From: Eledone cirrhosa
Taxonomy: Eukaryota
Assembly (NCBI GenBank): GCA_964016885.1
Contig: OZ024743.1
Coordinates: 360,344,001-360,408,000 of the forward strand
Direction: 5' to 3'
DNA length: 64,000 bases
In this document: in pieces, positions 12,089 to 26,380 of the stretch
Layout of the letters: each line of letters opens with the position of its first letter
Numbering within the stretch: position 1 is the first letter of the stretch
The notes under the pieces: model-generated
Seen by the model: the letters and a program-made list of their open reading frames with translations, nothing else
Database searches by the model: none
Told to the model about the DNA's origin: nothing
Translations under genes and position numbers: made by a program

Positions 12089-12155
12089 TTTTATTATGCG
12101 CATTTCAAAAACAAACATCATCAAGCAATAATATTTGTGTTTTCATCAGATAAAA
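12089..12155 (-). ncRNA. Hammerhead motif (mirror of 12280..12346)
   Basis: Reverse complement arm of the palindrome. Confidence 0.8.
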
Positions 12156-12279
12156 CAGGAGAACATGATATGAAGGCTAAAAAACACTTGTGGATAGTGC
12201 AGTTTTAAATCAACATATATGTTGATTTAAAACTGCACTATCCACAAGTGTTTTTTAGCCTTCATATCATGTTCTCCTG

Positions 12280-12346
12280 TTTTATCTGATGAAAACACAA
12301 ATATTATTGCTTGATGATGTTTGTTTTTGAAATGCGCATAATAAAA
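12280..12346 (+). ncRNA. Canonical-core type I hammerhead ribozyme motif
   Basis: TTTTAT CTGATGA AAAC..AAATATTATT gctt GATGATGTTT GTTTTT GAAA TGCGCA TA ATAAAA. Predicted cleavage after 12340. Confidence 0.82.
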
Positions 12347-12472
12347 TATATGGAACTCTTTTAACCATCTTTTGATCTTATATTATGCATACTCCAGTCC
12401 CACAAACTGTAGAGTGCTTCTTATCCGATATCTGCATTGCTTTATTGTACTACAATAAAACTCACCTCCTAC

Positions 12473-12518
<46 letters not shown>

Positions 12519-12663
12519 ATGTATACTTTTGTGTTTTTGTGTGTGTGTTTGCATGTGTAGTTTTATTTTATTTTTCCTTTCCTTCTTCCTTCTCCAGCCT
12601 CACTTTCATATAGATTTCATTTTTGCTTTTAAAATCCAAATTCAATAAACAGACCAGGATTTT

Positions 12664-12721
12664 TTCATTCTGAGGATTGAAAGCAAAATCTTTTGCTTTT
12701 AAGAAACCACTGGTAAATGGA
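12664..12721 (+). ncRNA. Type I hammerhead ribozyme motif
   Basis: TTCATT CTGAGGA TTGAAAGCAAAA tc TTTTGCTTTTAA GAAA CCACTGG TA AATGGA. Predicted GUA cleavage after 12715. Confidence 0.8.
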
Positions 12722-12813
12722 ATAATTGCCTTATGTTGTTTATTACATAACTATTAGCTCTGTTACCTACATAGAGCACTCTTTCTTCCTGGACTTTTCC
12801 GACGGAATTACTT

Positions 12814-12918
<105 letters not shown>

Positions 12919-12947
12919 ATATATATATATGTGTGTATATATATATA

Positions 12948-12989
<42 letters not shown>

Positions 12990-13003
12990 TATATATACAC
13001 ATT

Positions 13004-13368
13004 TATAATATTATATATTTAGTAGAGCATTCGATATCCAATGCACAATCGATCCCATATCATCAGATGATATGGGATCGATTGTGCATTGGATATCGAA
13101 TGCTCTACTAAATATATAATATTATAGATGTAGCGAGATCTAGGCAAATTGATGTCTATTGAAACGTACGTAAGAACCGAATAAATCTCTTTTACTGCAT
13201 CTTTCTGTTCTTTTTAATTCTTTTTACACGCCCCGAAATATAACTAAACTGGAATATACACCTTTTTTCTGCATTTCGTTGAGCACCACTCTGTTGTAAG
13301 CTGACCTTCCACTACACGGTACATAACACTGTGTCCTGGAAAACATTAATGCACTCGTGCATAACCAA
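13004..13368. mobile_element. PLE-type 3' fragment with 123-bp palindrome (13004..13126) whose apex falls in a long-helix-II hammerhead core
   Basis: Apex A13065 (catc-A-gatg). Downstream GAAA CGTACG TA at 13161..13172; helix II ATCGATT/AATTGAT. Confidence 0.7.
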
Positions 13369-13399
13369 TTATATATGTATATATATATATGTATATATA

Positions 13400-13463
<64 letters not shown>

Positions 13464-13611
13464 TATGTATACATATATATATATGTATATATGTATGTAT
13501 ATATGTATATATATATGTATATATGTATATATGTATGTATATATGTATATATATATGTATATATATATATGTATATATATATATGTATGTATATATGTAT
13601 ATATATATATG

Positions 13612-13647
<36 letters not shown>

Positions 13648-13650
13648 TAT

Positions 13651-14657
13651 GTAGATAAATCTACCAAGAGTTTACGGTAGTGTCCAATCCGTATGAAGAA
13701 CTCAATGTATTCCGGATATCATGGAAAGAAGAGATGTAATGAAAAATCACTTTCGGTGAAAGATAAACGGTATACAGAGTCAAGATAAAATATTAAACAA
13801 ATAATGAATAAACAATTCCTTATATTAAACAAAAAAAGTTCATTATTTAACGATCGTTTCTAGGATATATATGTGTTAGAATTGGTATGCATATTCAACA
13901 GATCTATGTACAAAATTATACAAAATTATACAAATTATCAAGATTAAATATACATACCAACACATATATACGCCGTCTTCAGAAATAATGAAGTATATTT
14001 ATTGATAATAACAACAATTCAAAATTTCAGGTCCGTTTGGGAACAAAATTGACCAATGAAAACACAAAGGGTTAAATGCAGTTCGGTGTGTGTATATACA
14101 TGTAAAACCCTTACACATATTTTACAAAGATGTATGTATAATTTGTATACGCATACTAAAAGGATGGATGCAAATACAAAATTTCAAGGTTAATGTCTCT
14201 GTAAGTTTATAATGCACAGATAAGATGCGTATTGACACAAGTATGAAATTAAGTATATAAATATATTTTTTTTCCATACTCACACATATCCGTACAATCA
14301 CACATACACGCGCGTATATGCATAAATATACACATAACCACGAACATACAAACACACACACACCCCCACTCACATTTATATATGTGGATATAAAATCATA
14401 AGCACATGGATATTAATTCACTCACATAAAACACTGGCACACACATTTTTAGATCAAGATACAGAAATTAGGTGGGAGGGGGGGGGGGGAGGTCAGTATT
14501 CAACGGTCTGAGCAGACTGCCTAATATAGATGTATCTATAAACTAAGAAAATAAAAAAATAAAAAAATAAAAAATAATAAATAAACATTAAAGAGGAAAG
14601 AATAGAAAGAAAAAAGAAAAAAAGAAAAAAGAAAAAAGAAAAAAGAGATATATCAAG

Positions 14658-14695
<38 letters not shown>

Positions 14696-14914
14696 TATAC
14701 ACATACATATATATATATACATATATACACACACACATATATATAATATACATATATATACACATAGACACACACACACACATACATAAATATACACACA
14801 TATACAAACACATACATACATATACACACATCCACACTAAGAACATACATACACACACATATATAAACATATACATATACACACATACATACATATACAC
14901 ATATACATACAAAT

Positions 14915-14979
<65 letters not shown>

Positions 14980-15290
14980 TGTATATACACGTACATATAC
15001 ACACATATATACATATAATCACACATACTATATAGACACACATATATATAACCACACACATACATGCACATATACAACACTTACATACTAATAGACATAC
15101 AGATATACACATACATAGCTATATATACACACAAATATATACAGACTTACATATATACATACAGACAAATACTTACGCATCTATATATCGGTATATACAT
15201 ACAAACACCACTACACTATCACACAACTTAGAAATACAAAGAGAAAGGTATATACCTATACACACATACATATACAAATAGAAAAACATA

Positions 15291-15326
<36 letters not shown>

Positions 15327-15610
15327 TATATATACACATATATATATATAAAAATATATATATATATATATATACACATACATATACACATACACACACA
15401 TACACATACACACACATACATACATGTACACACACATAGAAATATATACGCATACACACATACACACATACATATAAAGTCATACACACACAAACACCTA
15501 CACGAACATACACATACACATATATAAAGATATATATACACACACACACACACACAACACATACACACATACACATATATATAAAAAAAATAAATAATAA
15601 AGATATATAC

Positions 15611-15667
<57 letters not shown>

Positions 15668-16014
15668 CATATATATATACATACACATACACACACACAT
15701 ACATAGACATACATGTACATACATACACGTACATCGATATACATACATATATATATACACACATAGACATATACATACATACACACACAACTTACATACA
15801 CACATATATATACATGTATATTCATACATAGAATTAGATATATAATCATACATACATATGCACTTACTTATACTCATATATACAAATACATACGCATCCA
15901 TATATGCGTATATACATAAAAACACCACTACAACCTCACCTAACTCAGACATACAAATAAAAATAAAAAGGCATATGTATATACATATATACACGCATTA
16001 ATAGAGACATATAT

Positions 16015-16071
<57 letters not shown>

Positions 16072-16349
16072 TACACACATACATTCATATATATATATAT
16101 ATATAGATACCCACACTCACATACCACCATAAATACACATACAAACACCCACATATACATATATATATACACACGTATATATATATATATATATACACAC
16201 ACATAAAAAACAGACATGCACATATATATATATTTTCTTTTTTTTTTTTTTTTTTTTTTTTTTACACTTATATATACACACATATTATATACACATACAC
16301 AACCTCACATATACACACATACACATAAGTTATATTATAATAATAAAAA

Positions 16350-16386
<37 letters not shown>

Positions 16387-16471
16387 CATATATATATATA
16401 TATATACACATAAACATATACATACATGTATACACACATACGAATATAGACATATAATCACACATAGACAC

Positions 16472-16510
<39 letters not shown>

Positions 16511-16761
16511 TACATATACACGGACACATATACACACTCACATATATATGTGTGTGCACACACACATATATACACACATACACATATATACACATAAACA
16601 CATATATGTGCATACATGCACACACACACACATATATCACATAGATTCGAAGATAGACATATAAATAGAGAGACATACATATATATACAACACACATACA
16701 CACACATACATACACACACATATACACATACATATATATATATATATATATATTTCTATAT

Positions 16762-16799
<38 letters not shown>

Positions 16800-17050
16800 A
16801 TATATACATACACATATACATACACACATTCACATACACATACATATATACATGCATATATACACACATATACATACATACACACACTCATATATACACA
16901 CACAATCTTACATTCATATTTGCATGCGCATATATGTATTTTTATATTCAGATATAAATACCCAAACCTATATAGACACCTACCTACATATATATTCATA
17001 CATACACGCTTACAAATACAGATGATAATAGTATGGGGGAAAGGGGGGGT
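13651..17050 (-). mobile_element. Non-coding PLE-type 3' region with long compound-microsatellite body; homologous to 22465..23738
   Basis: ~13790..15100 aligns in inverted orientation with ~22504..23738. Carries HHR 13839..13992. The high-coordinate boundary is approximate. Confidence 0.65.
13839..13992 (-). ncRNA. Hammerhead motif with 115-nt helix II
   Basis: Diverged reverse-complement copy of 23522..23675 with core retained. Confidence 0.75.
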
Positions 17051-18092
17051 TTGGAGAAGGGGATCATAGTAAATATATGTTTCAAGAAACATAGAATATT
17101 TTCCGTATCTTGATCCAATGTATGTTTTTACATAGTTTCAGTGTTAGGAAATACAATAAACAAGAACTAAGGCAAAATCTATGCATCTCAAAATAAACAA
17201 GTATACCATTAATTATATGTTAACTAAACCAAAGATAGTTAACATATTGATTTCTAAGGTGTAAATTAGTTAGGTTTATAATATTTGAAGCAGAATTTTG
17301 AAGTTAAATAGTAGTAGAGTATTAATTATAGTATAACTAAATTAAAGTTAATAACGTTATGGTATCAATATTAGGAAATGAATTTAGTAATAGGGAAAAA
17401 ACAAATAAAATAAAGTATTACATCGGTAGTAGAATATAAATTATAGGTTAACTAAATTAAAAATTATATATTTATTTCTATAGTATATGTTAATTAGGTA
17501 TATAATACATAAAACAGATATTGTATTTTATCAATAGCATAATATAATTATATGCAAATAGACATCAAAATTAATACATATACATATACATATACATACA
17601 CATACATATATACACATATATATACACATATATATATATATACAAATATACACATATACATACACACACACATACACATACACATATACATATACATATC
17701 TTTTTCAAAAAATTGCATAGAATATATTAACTAGGTATATATCCAAAACACATCCCATTCTATGATTACATGACTTTCTGCAATTCGTCTGTATAAGGAT
17801 ACTAATTTTAAGCAAATTAAAATTAAATTTTTAGGTTGATCAAAATTAAAACCAAATTATAAATATATTTCTAAAATGTATATTAATTAGGTCTATAATA
17901 CTAAAAATTATTTCTCTGTCATTGGATACACGATATTATTTTGTTATATTTTATCTGTAAAAGAATTATAATAAAAGGTTTAAATAAATTAAAATTAATC
18001 TATAAATTAAATTACTAAGTATATATTAGTAATATTTAAAGGTTTTTCACAATTTATGATTACATAATATTTTATATTACATAATATTTTAT

Positions 18093-18144
18093 AAACGGCT
18101 TGAGCTCAGCTGTCGGGGTCTTACTGGTTCCTATATATATATAT

Positions 18145-18181
<37 letters not shown>

Positions 18182-18366
18182 GGAACCAGTAAGACCCCGA
18201 CAGCTGAGCTCAAGCCGTTTCGACGGCTAATTCTGAATTAGCCGTCGAAACGGCTTGAGCTCATCTGTCGGGGTCTTACTGGCTCCTATTACCCACTCTA
18301 CTACCTCAAGTATTGAGTACTTTGGTGCGTTATGGTCCACCTGGTTCCTTACCACATTTCCTTCGT
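18093..18366. repeat. Three alternating copies (+,-,+) of a 40-bp PLE-end unit around a (TA)n tract
   Basis: aaacggcttgagctcagctgtcggggtcttactggttcct at 18093..18132(+), 18181..18220(-) and ~18248..18287(+). Hairpin gacggctaattc-t-gaattagccgtc lies between the last two. Confidence 0.85.
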
Positions 18367-18402
18367 TATATATATATATATGTATATATATATATGTATA
18401 TA

Positions 18403-18856
18403 TATTTAGCAGAGAATTATATTTAGAGAGTTGTAATGTTGCCACGAGGAACCATCTTTGGGAGAAAGATATGATAGGAATATCGACAACGACTTTAGCA
18501 TGCTTTACATTATTTATTAACAAAGGTTAAGAAGTGAATTAGGCTGGCATGCCAAGAGAAATGAAATAATTCAATTAAGATTACAAGAGAAAATACCGTC
18601 GAGTGGCTGAGGCGTTTGGCCAGGCCCGTAGTAAAGTTTTGTCGTTACATATTGTTTGTATTTACGGAACAAAAGAACAAGTGGTGTTTACCTTAGCATG
18701 GTCGAGCTGCAAGAGAGATATTCCTCAAATCTTTGCGGGCTATTTGTCCCTCAGGACGCGTAGGGATACATCCTCTTCTCCTGGCGCTGATTGGCTGAGC
18801 TGAGCCAAATCACGCACAGAGAATGTATGTGAGCCCGCGGATTGTAGGTCACTACA
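18403..18856 (-). mobile_element. Diverged, truncated solo LTR of the 39526..42101 family
   Basis: Begins tgtagtgacctaca on the minus strand at 18856 and aligns along most of the 511-bp LTR. Confidence 0.85.
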
Positions 18857-18901
18857 TATATATAAATATACATATATATATATATATATATATGTATATA
18901 T

Positions 18902-19815
18902 TGTTACTCTAGCGTCCCCCTTTATTTACGTGTCCCAACGACTTTTTTTAGCCGTTGTTCGCACCAACCTGAGGCATATGGCCCTTAAAGCGATGAAATG
19001 CCGAGGACGGTTGGAGGGTCACTGATGAAGGACTCACTTTTTCATATGTATCCCATTTGCAACGCCGCAGCTCCATTATTATCATCATATTTACACATAT
19101 TACTTTTCCATGCTGCCTGTCTGTTTCGTTCCTTGTATCTTTACCACTTCTAGCAGTCTCCCTCTCTGTTACTCTCTCCTCAACTTTCACTCACTCATTC
19201 TCTGTCACTACTTCTCCTCCTCCTCTTTCCTCCTCCTCCTTCAAGTTTGACCTGTGTGTAATTCTTTTCTCGCGCAGTCTTGACCGAGCTGGTATGGAAT
19301 TTTTTTTCTCTCTCTCTTTCGTCTGCGACTTCACAAAACTTGCGTTTACCGAATTCGTAGACCAGACCACCTTATCTCCTTCTTCTTCTTCTTCTTCTTC
19401 TTCTTCTTCTTCTTCTTCTTCTTCTTCTTCTTCTTCTTCTTCTTCTTCTTCTTCTTCTTCTTCTTCTTCTTCTTCCTCGTCTCTCCTTTTTCTTTCTCTC
19501 TCTCTCTCTCCCCCCCCCCCCGTCAAACTTGGGCGAAATTCTTTCCTTGCTCACATTTCTACCAGGTTCGATGGTCTTTCGTCTCTTGTTCACGATTTCA
19601 CAGAGTTTATATTCATAGAGATCTGGGACTTGTCTATTTCTACTCACTTTCCGTTGCTTAAACCCTTTTGTTGTTACTCTAGCGTCCCCCTTTATTTACG
19701 TGTCCCAACGACTTTTTTTAGCCGTTGTTCGCACCAACCTGAGGCATATGGCCCTTAAAGCGATGATGAAATGCCGAGGACGGTTGGAGGGTCACTGATG
19801 AAGGACTCACTTTTT
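18902..19815 (+). mobile_element. Non-coding partial-tandem element (direct repeat ~18902..19048 / ~19672..19815) with internal (TTC)n; homologue at 25554..26097(-)
   Basis: Visible direct repeat, (TA)n on both sides, and a diverged second copy. Confidence 0.75.
19381..19475. repeat. (TTC)n microsatellite
   Basis: Pure TCT repeat, absent from the homologous copy near 25.9 kb. Confidence 0.95.
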
Positions 19816-19816
19816 C

Positions 19817-19848
<32 letters not shown>

Positions 19849-19955
19849 GTATATATATGTATATGTATATATATATATGTATATATATATATGTATATAT
19901 ATGTATATATATGTATATGTCTATATATATATGTATATATATATATGTATATATG

Positions 19956-19986
<31 letters not shown>

Positions 19987-20011
19987 GTATATATGTATAT
20001 ATATATATATA

Positions 20012-21538
20012 TGGACTAACATCTGTGTCCAACGAAAACTGTCAAAGAAGGTAAAAAACAACATAATGACTCGAAACAGCAAACTACCCACCTTCTACCA
20101 CCTGGTTAAAACACATAAACAAGGACCCGATTTGAAAATCAGGCCCATTGTCTCTAGCGTGGAGAGCCCACTCTACAAAATATCGTGGCTGCTCTCCACA
20201 CTACTGAAACCTATTCTACACACACTACCGGCCCACGTCTGCAGCTCAAAGGAGGTCTTGGAGCGACTACACCATCTGGCGCCCAACACCAGAAATGACA
20301 ACGGTTATGCCTTCAGTCTTGATGTGGTCGCCCTTTATACCTCCGTACCAGCATCCCCAGCCGTCGACCTGTTGACCGAACGAGTCCGAGCATCTAACTT
20401 ACACTGCTTCGGACTCACACACACGGACATCCACCAACTCCCCTCCTTCGTTGTGGATAATGCACTCTTCAATTTCCTCGGCCACACGTACAAACAAATC
20501 TCTGGGCTACCTATGGGCTCTAGTCTGTCCGGCATACTTGCGATCTCGTACATGGACCACCTGGAACGCAAAGCACTCAATACCTGCCAACCCAACGCCG
20601 TCGCCTTCTACTCCAGATACGTTGATGACATCCTGATACTTACTTCTTCCCGGGAGATGGCGAATGAAATTCACCAAATCTTCAACGATACTGACCATCA
20701 CGTCGATTTCACCATCGAACACCCAGGAGAAGACGGGTCACTCGCCCTCCTCGACTTCCGTATCAACATCTCGGAAGAAGGAGACATAAACACCACCTTC
20801 TACCGCAAAGCAACGTGCAAGGACTTGTTTGTGCATTACAACTCAGCCCTCCCCAACAACGCTAAGAGAGGCTATGTCCTAAATGAACTGACACGGATCA
20901 CTAACAGATGCAGCGACCCGATGGGTGGTCTCACCCATACCACGCAATTCCGTAATCTACTCAGGTCTAATGGATATCCCAAGCGACTGATTAACGGAAT
21001 TAGAGACCCCAGACCCAATAGACAGACTCCCACTAGAAACTTAAATAAAAGCAGGTGCTTCTTTAAAATCCCCCACCTGAGTGAATATACCACGAACGCC
21101 ATCCGCAGGGCCATACGGACGGAGGGACTTGACATACATTTGGCCCACACAGGACCTTCGCTGCGAAGATGCCTCTCCAACAAACCCGACGAGTCAGATG
21201 GGACGTGTTCCCTCAGCAACTGCCCGATACGGGGGGCAGATTTCCTACGCACCTATGTCGTATATAAGATTCAATGCGATAAATGTAACAAGTTTTACAT
21301 AGGTAGCACCATCCGACCCCTACATGTTCGTATCAAGGAACATATCAACACCAACGCATCTTCCTTCCGTAAACACATCCTTAAATGCGGAAACCCACAG
21401 GGTAGACCCTTGGTCACAGTCCTAGCGACTGAACGCAGCATCGGATCCTTAAGGATAAAGGAAGCACTTGTTATTAAGAACCTCAGACCCCCACTTAACA
21501 ACCGGGCTGAGAGAAATGAGCTGACATGGCTAACTTAA
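20012..21538 (+). CDS. 5'-truncated PLE RT + GIY-YIG (Nematis-like); ORF 19835..21538 minus its (TA)n-derived leader
   Basis: [35 protein letters not shown]; [25 protein letters not shown]; EAL.I..LRP.LN. The clade call is inference. Confidence 0.88.
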   Translation, partial: WTNICVQRKLSKKVKNNIMTRNSKLPTFYHLVKTHKQGPDLKIRPIVSSVESPLYKISWLLSTLLKPILHTLPAHVCSSKEVLERLHHLAPNTRNDNGYAFSLDVVALYTSVPASPAVDLLTERVRASNLHCFGLTHTDIHQLPSFVVDNALFNFLGHTYKQISGLPMGSSLSGILAISYMDHLERKALNTCQPNAVAFYSRYVDDILILTSSREMANEIHQIFNDTDHHVDFTIEHPGEDGSLALLDFRINISEEGDINTTFYRKATCKDLFVHYNSALPNNAKRGYVLNELTRITNRCSDPMGGLTHTTQFRNLLRSNGYPKRLINGIRDPRPNRQTPTRNLNKSRCFFKIPHLSEYTTNAIRRAIRTEGLDIHLAHTGPSLRRCLSNKPDESDGTCSLSNCPIRGADFLRTYVVYKIQCDKCNKFYIGSTIRPLHVRIKEHINTNASSFRKHILKCGNPQGRPLVTVLATERSIGSLRIKEALVIKNLRPPLNNRAERNELTWLT

Positions 21539-22138
21539 CCATAGTGACCATTCACAGCCCTTACAGCCTGCTATTTTCACACACACGCACGTATATGCAT
21601 ACCCATACGCATACACACACACATCTATATTTATACACGCACACATGTTTTTACAACCTACCACCTTTCACACCCTTTGATTTCCAGCTTCTACAGCCCA
21701 CTATCTTTCACACACACACGCACTCACACATATACACACACAGTTACACACACATGTATACCCATACGCTTACACACACACATCTATATTTATACACGCA
21801 CACATGTTTTACAACCTACCACCTTTCACACCCTTTGATTTCCAGCTTCTACAGCCCACTATCTTTCACACACACACACACACACATATACACACTTACA
21901 CATATACACACAGTTACACACACATATATATTTACACACACATATTTTACGGCTTTCACACGCTAGCGCACCCTCTTGATTTAACCCATTTGGTCAGTAG
22001 CTTTTGCCACAGCCTATCACGCACACGCGCATTCTTTCCCTCATTTAAATTTTAAATAATTTTCTCCCCATAACGGCATTCCTGTTTTAACGACATCACA
22101 AATTTCTCCGCTTAGCCTGTTCCCCCCTTTTGGAACTT

Positions 22139-22174
22139 TCCCCCGTTGATGGGCGTGAGCCCGAAATATTGGGA
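22139..22174 (+). ncRNA. Degenerate minimal hammerhead-like motif
   Basis: TCCC CCGTTGA t GGGC GTGA GCCC GAAA TA TT GGGA; two core mismatches. Confidence 0.4.
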
Positions 22175-22383
22175 TTAAATCTCCACTACGGTAACCCTTC
22201 TACCTTTGTTTTGTTTTCATCTTTGTCTCTCTCAATTTTCACTTTATCCTATTTCTCCTATCTATCATTCACTTCCTACCTCGTGATTTCCCTCTGCATT
22301 GTTGTGGCTTTCTAAACTACGTATTTTACACATTTCACAATGCTTGAAGCAAACTTTAACACCCTCATATATAAATGTATATT

Positions 22384-22464
<81 letters not shown>

Positions 22465-22467
<3 letters not shown>

Positions 22468-22824
22468 GATAAATCTACCAAGAGTTTACGGTAGTGTCCA
22501 ATCTATATCTATGTATATGTATGAGTATGTATGTGTGTGTATGTATGTGTGTATGTGTGTATGTATGTATGTATGTCTGTATGTATATGTGTGTATATAT
22601 ATGTATGTATGTGTATGTCTGTATGTATATAAGTATGTATGTGTATGTATTTGTGCGTGTATGTGTGTATATATATGCGTGTCTATATATGTGTGTGTGT
22701 ATATATGTGTATATATGTGTGTATATATATATATATATATGTATGTGTGTATATGTGTGTATATGTGTATATATGTATATGTTTATATATGTGTGTGTGT
22801 GTGTGTTGTATGTGTTGATGTGTG

Positions 22825-22907
<83 letters not shown>

Positions 22908-23729
22908 TTTCTTGATATATTTCTTTTTTCTTTTTTCTTTTTCTTTTCTTTTCTTTTTATTTCGAAGTTTATAGATACATCTATAAATAAGCAGTCTGCC
23001 CAAACAGTTGAATACTGACCTCTCCCCCCCTCCCACCTAATTTCTGTATCTTGATCTAAATGTGTGTGGCAGTGTTTATGTGAGTGAATTAATATCCATG
23101 TGCTTATGATAATATTATATCCACATATATATGTGTGTGGGGGTGTGTGTGTGTATGTATGTTCGTAATTATGTGTATGTTTATGCATATACGCGCGCGT
23201 GTGTGTGAGTGTATGGATATGTGTGAATATGAGAATATGTGTATACACTTATTTCATATTTATGTGTCTATACGCATTTTATCTGTGGATTATAAACTTA
23301 CAGAGACATTAGCCTTAAATTTTTTGTATTTGCATACATCTTTTTGGCATGCGTATGCATGTTGAGCATAAATCTTTGTATAAATATGTGTACGGGGTTA
23401 GTTACATGTATATACGCACACCAAACTGCATAAAACTTTTTGTATTTTCATTGGTCAATTTTGAACTCCGTTCCCAAACGGACCTGAAATTTTGAATTGT
23501 AGTTATTATCAATAAATATATTTCATTATTTCTGAAGACGGCATATATATGTGTTGGTATGTATATTTAATCTTGATAGTTTGTATAATTTTGTATAATT
23601 TTGTACATAGATCTGTTGAATATGCATGCCAATTCTAACACATATATATCCTAGAAACGATCGTTAAATAATGAACTTTTTTTGTTTAATATAAGGAACT
23701 GTTTCATTGTTTTATTCATTATTTGTTTA

Positions 23730-23738
<9 letters not shown>
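22465..23738 (+). mobile_element. Copy of the 13651..17050 family with a short inverted terminal piece (22465..22503)
   Basis: gtagataaatctaccaagagtttacggtagtgtccaatc is shared with 13651..13690. The remainder is inverted relative to ~13790..15100. Confidence 0.78.
23522..23675 (+). ncRNA. Type I hammerhead motif with 115-nt helix II
   Basis: Perfect 10-bp helix I TTCATTATTT/AAATAATGAA; CTGAAGA; helix II ATATATATGTGTT/AACACATATATAT and GGTATGTATATTTAA/TTGAATATGCATGCC; GAAA CGATCG TT. Confidence 0.78.
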
Positions 23739-24753
<1,015 letters not shown>

Positions 24754-24802
24754 GATGAATTAGTTTTGCGAGGTTTTTGATATGAAATCGTGTGTCGAAA
24801 CA

Positions 24803-25109
24803 AATATTGTTATACTTGGGGAGGGTCATATTCGTTGAATATTGCCAGAATTCATAACAGAACACACTCACTGTTTGGTTGGTTTTCGCTTTTTGCTTCT
24901 GTGTCTTTTATATGTGTTTGTGTCTATATTTTATCTGTATTATTTTTGACCGTTGGTCAGTCAATGGCAATATTGGGGACTGAATAAATTAGATTACCGC
25001 TATAAAAGCCACAGAAGTGAAAAGCTAAAGCCAACCAAACAGTGAGTGTGTTCTGTTATTAATTCTGGTAATATTACACGAATATGACCCTCCCCAATTA
25101 TAACAATAT
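24803..25109. repeat. Diverged inverted repeat (old PLE-type end) between TA tracts
   Basis: ~24803..24912 vs ~25000..25109 are reverse complements with several mismatches. Confidence 0.75.
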
Positions 25110-25152
25110 ATATATATGTATATATGTATATATATATATAGATATATATGTA

Positions 25153-25259
<107 letters not shown>

Positions 25260-25285
25260 ATGTGTATATATGTATATATGTATAT

Positions 25286-25331
<46 letters not shown>

Positions 25332-25378
25332 GTATATATATGTATATATATAGATGTATATATGTATATATATATGTG

Positions 25379-25537
<159 letters not shown>

Positions 25538-25553
25538 GTATATATATATATAT

Positions 25554-26097
25554 GATAATAATGGAGCTGCGGTGCTGCAAATGGGTTACATATGAAAAAG
25601 TTTGTCCTCATCAGTGGCCATCCAACCGTCGTAGGCATTTCGTCGCATTAAAGGCCATATACGTCAGGTTGGTGCGAGCAACGTCTAAAAAAAAGTTGTT
25701 GGGACACGTAAATAAAGGGGACGCCAGGGTAAACAAACAAAATGGTTTAAGCAGCAGAAAGTGATGAAGAAGGAAACAAGTCCCAGATTTCTATGAATAT
25801 AAATTCGGTGGAATCGTGAACGAGAGTATAAAGACCATCAAACCTGGTTGAAATGTGAGCAAGGAAGGAATTTCGCACAGGTCTGACGGGAGGAAGAAGG
25901 AGTCTGGTCTGCGAATTCGGTAAACATAAGTTCTGTGAAGTCGCAGACGAGAGAGAGAGAGAAAAATAGATCATACCGGCTTGGCCAAGGGCCCGCGAGA
26001 AAAGGATTAGGGACAGGTCAAATGGGAAGAAAGGGGAGGAGGAGAGGTAGGGACAGAGAGTGAGTGAGTGAAAGGTGAGGAAGAGGCTAACAGAGAT
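25554..26097 (-). mobile_element. Second copy of the 18902..19815 family
   Basis: Shared blocks such as cttgctcacattt..ccagg and gcgtcccctttatttacgtgtcccaac. Confidence 0.78.
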
Positions 26098-26142
<45 letters not shown>

Positions 26143-26148
26143 TCTATA

Positions 26149-26213
<65 letters not shown>

Positions 26214-26214
26214 G

Positions 26215-26247
<33 letters not shown>

Positions 26248-26347
26248 GTATATATATATATATGTATATATATGTACATATATGTATATATACATATATA
26301 TGTATATATATGTATATATATATATGTATATATATATGTATATATAC

Positions 26348-26379
<32 letters not shown>

Positions 26380-26380
26380 C

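Larger units (their letters stand above)
20012..22370 (+). mobile_element. Nematis-like PLE including 3' UTR (internal ~160-bp duplication at ~21590..21905)
   Basis: ORF plus UTR bounded by (TA)n on both sides. Confidence 0.8.

Noticed and set aside
19057-19758. Poly-Ser, poly-Glu and poly-Arg ORFs
   Set aside because: They are products of the (TTC)n expansion, which the homologous copy lacks.
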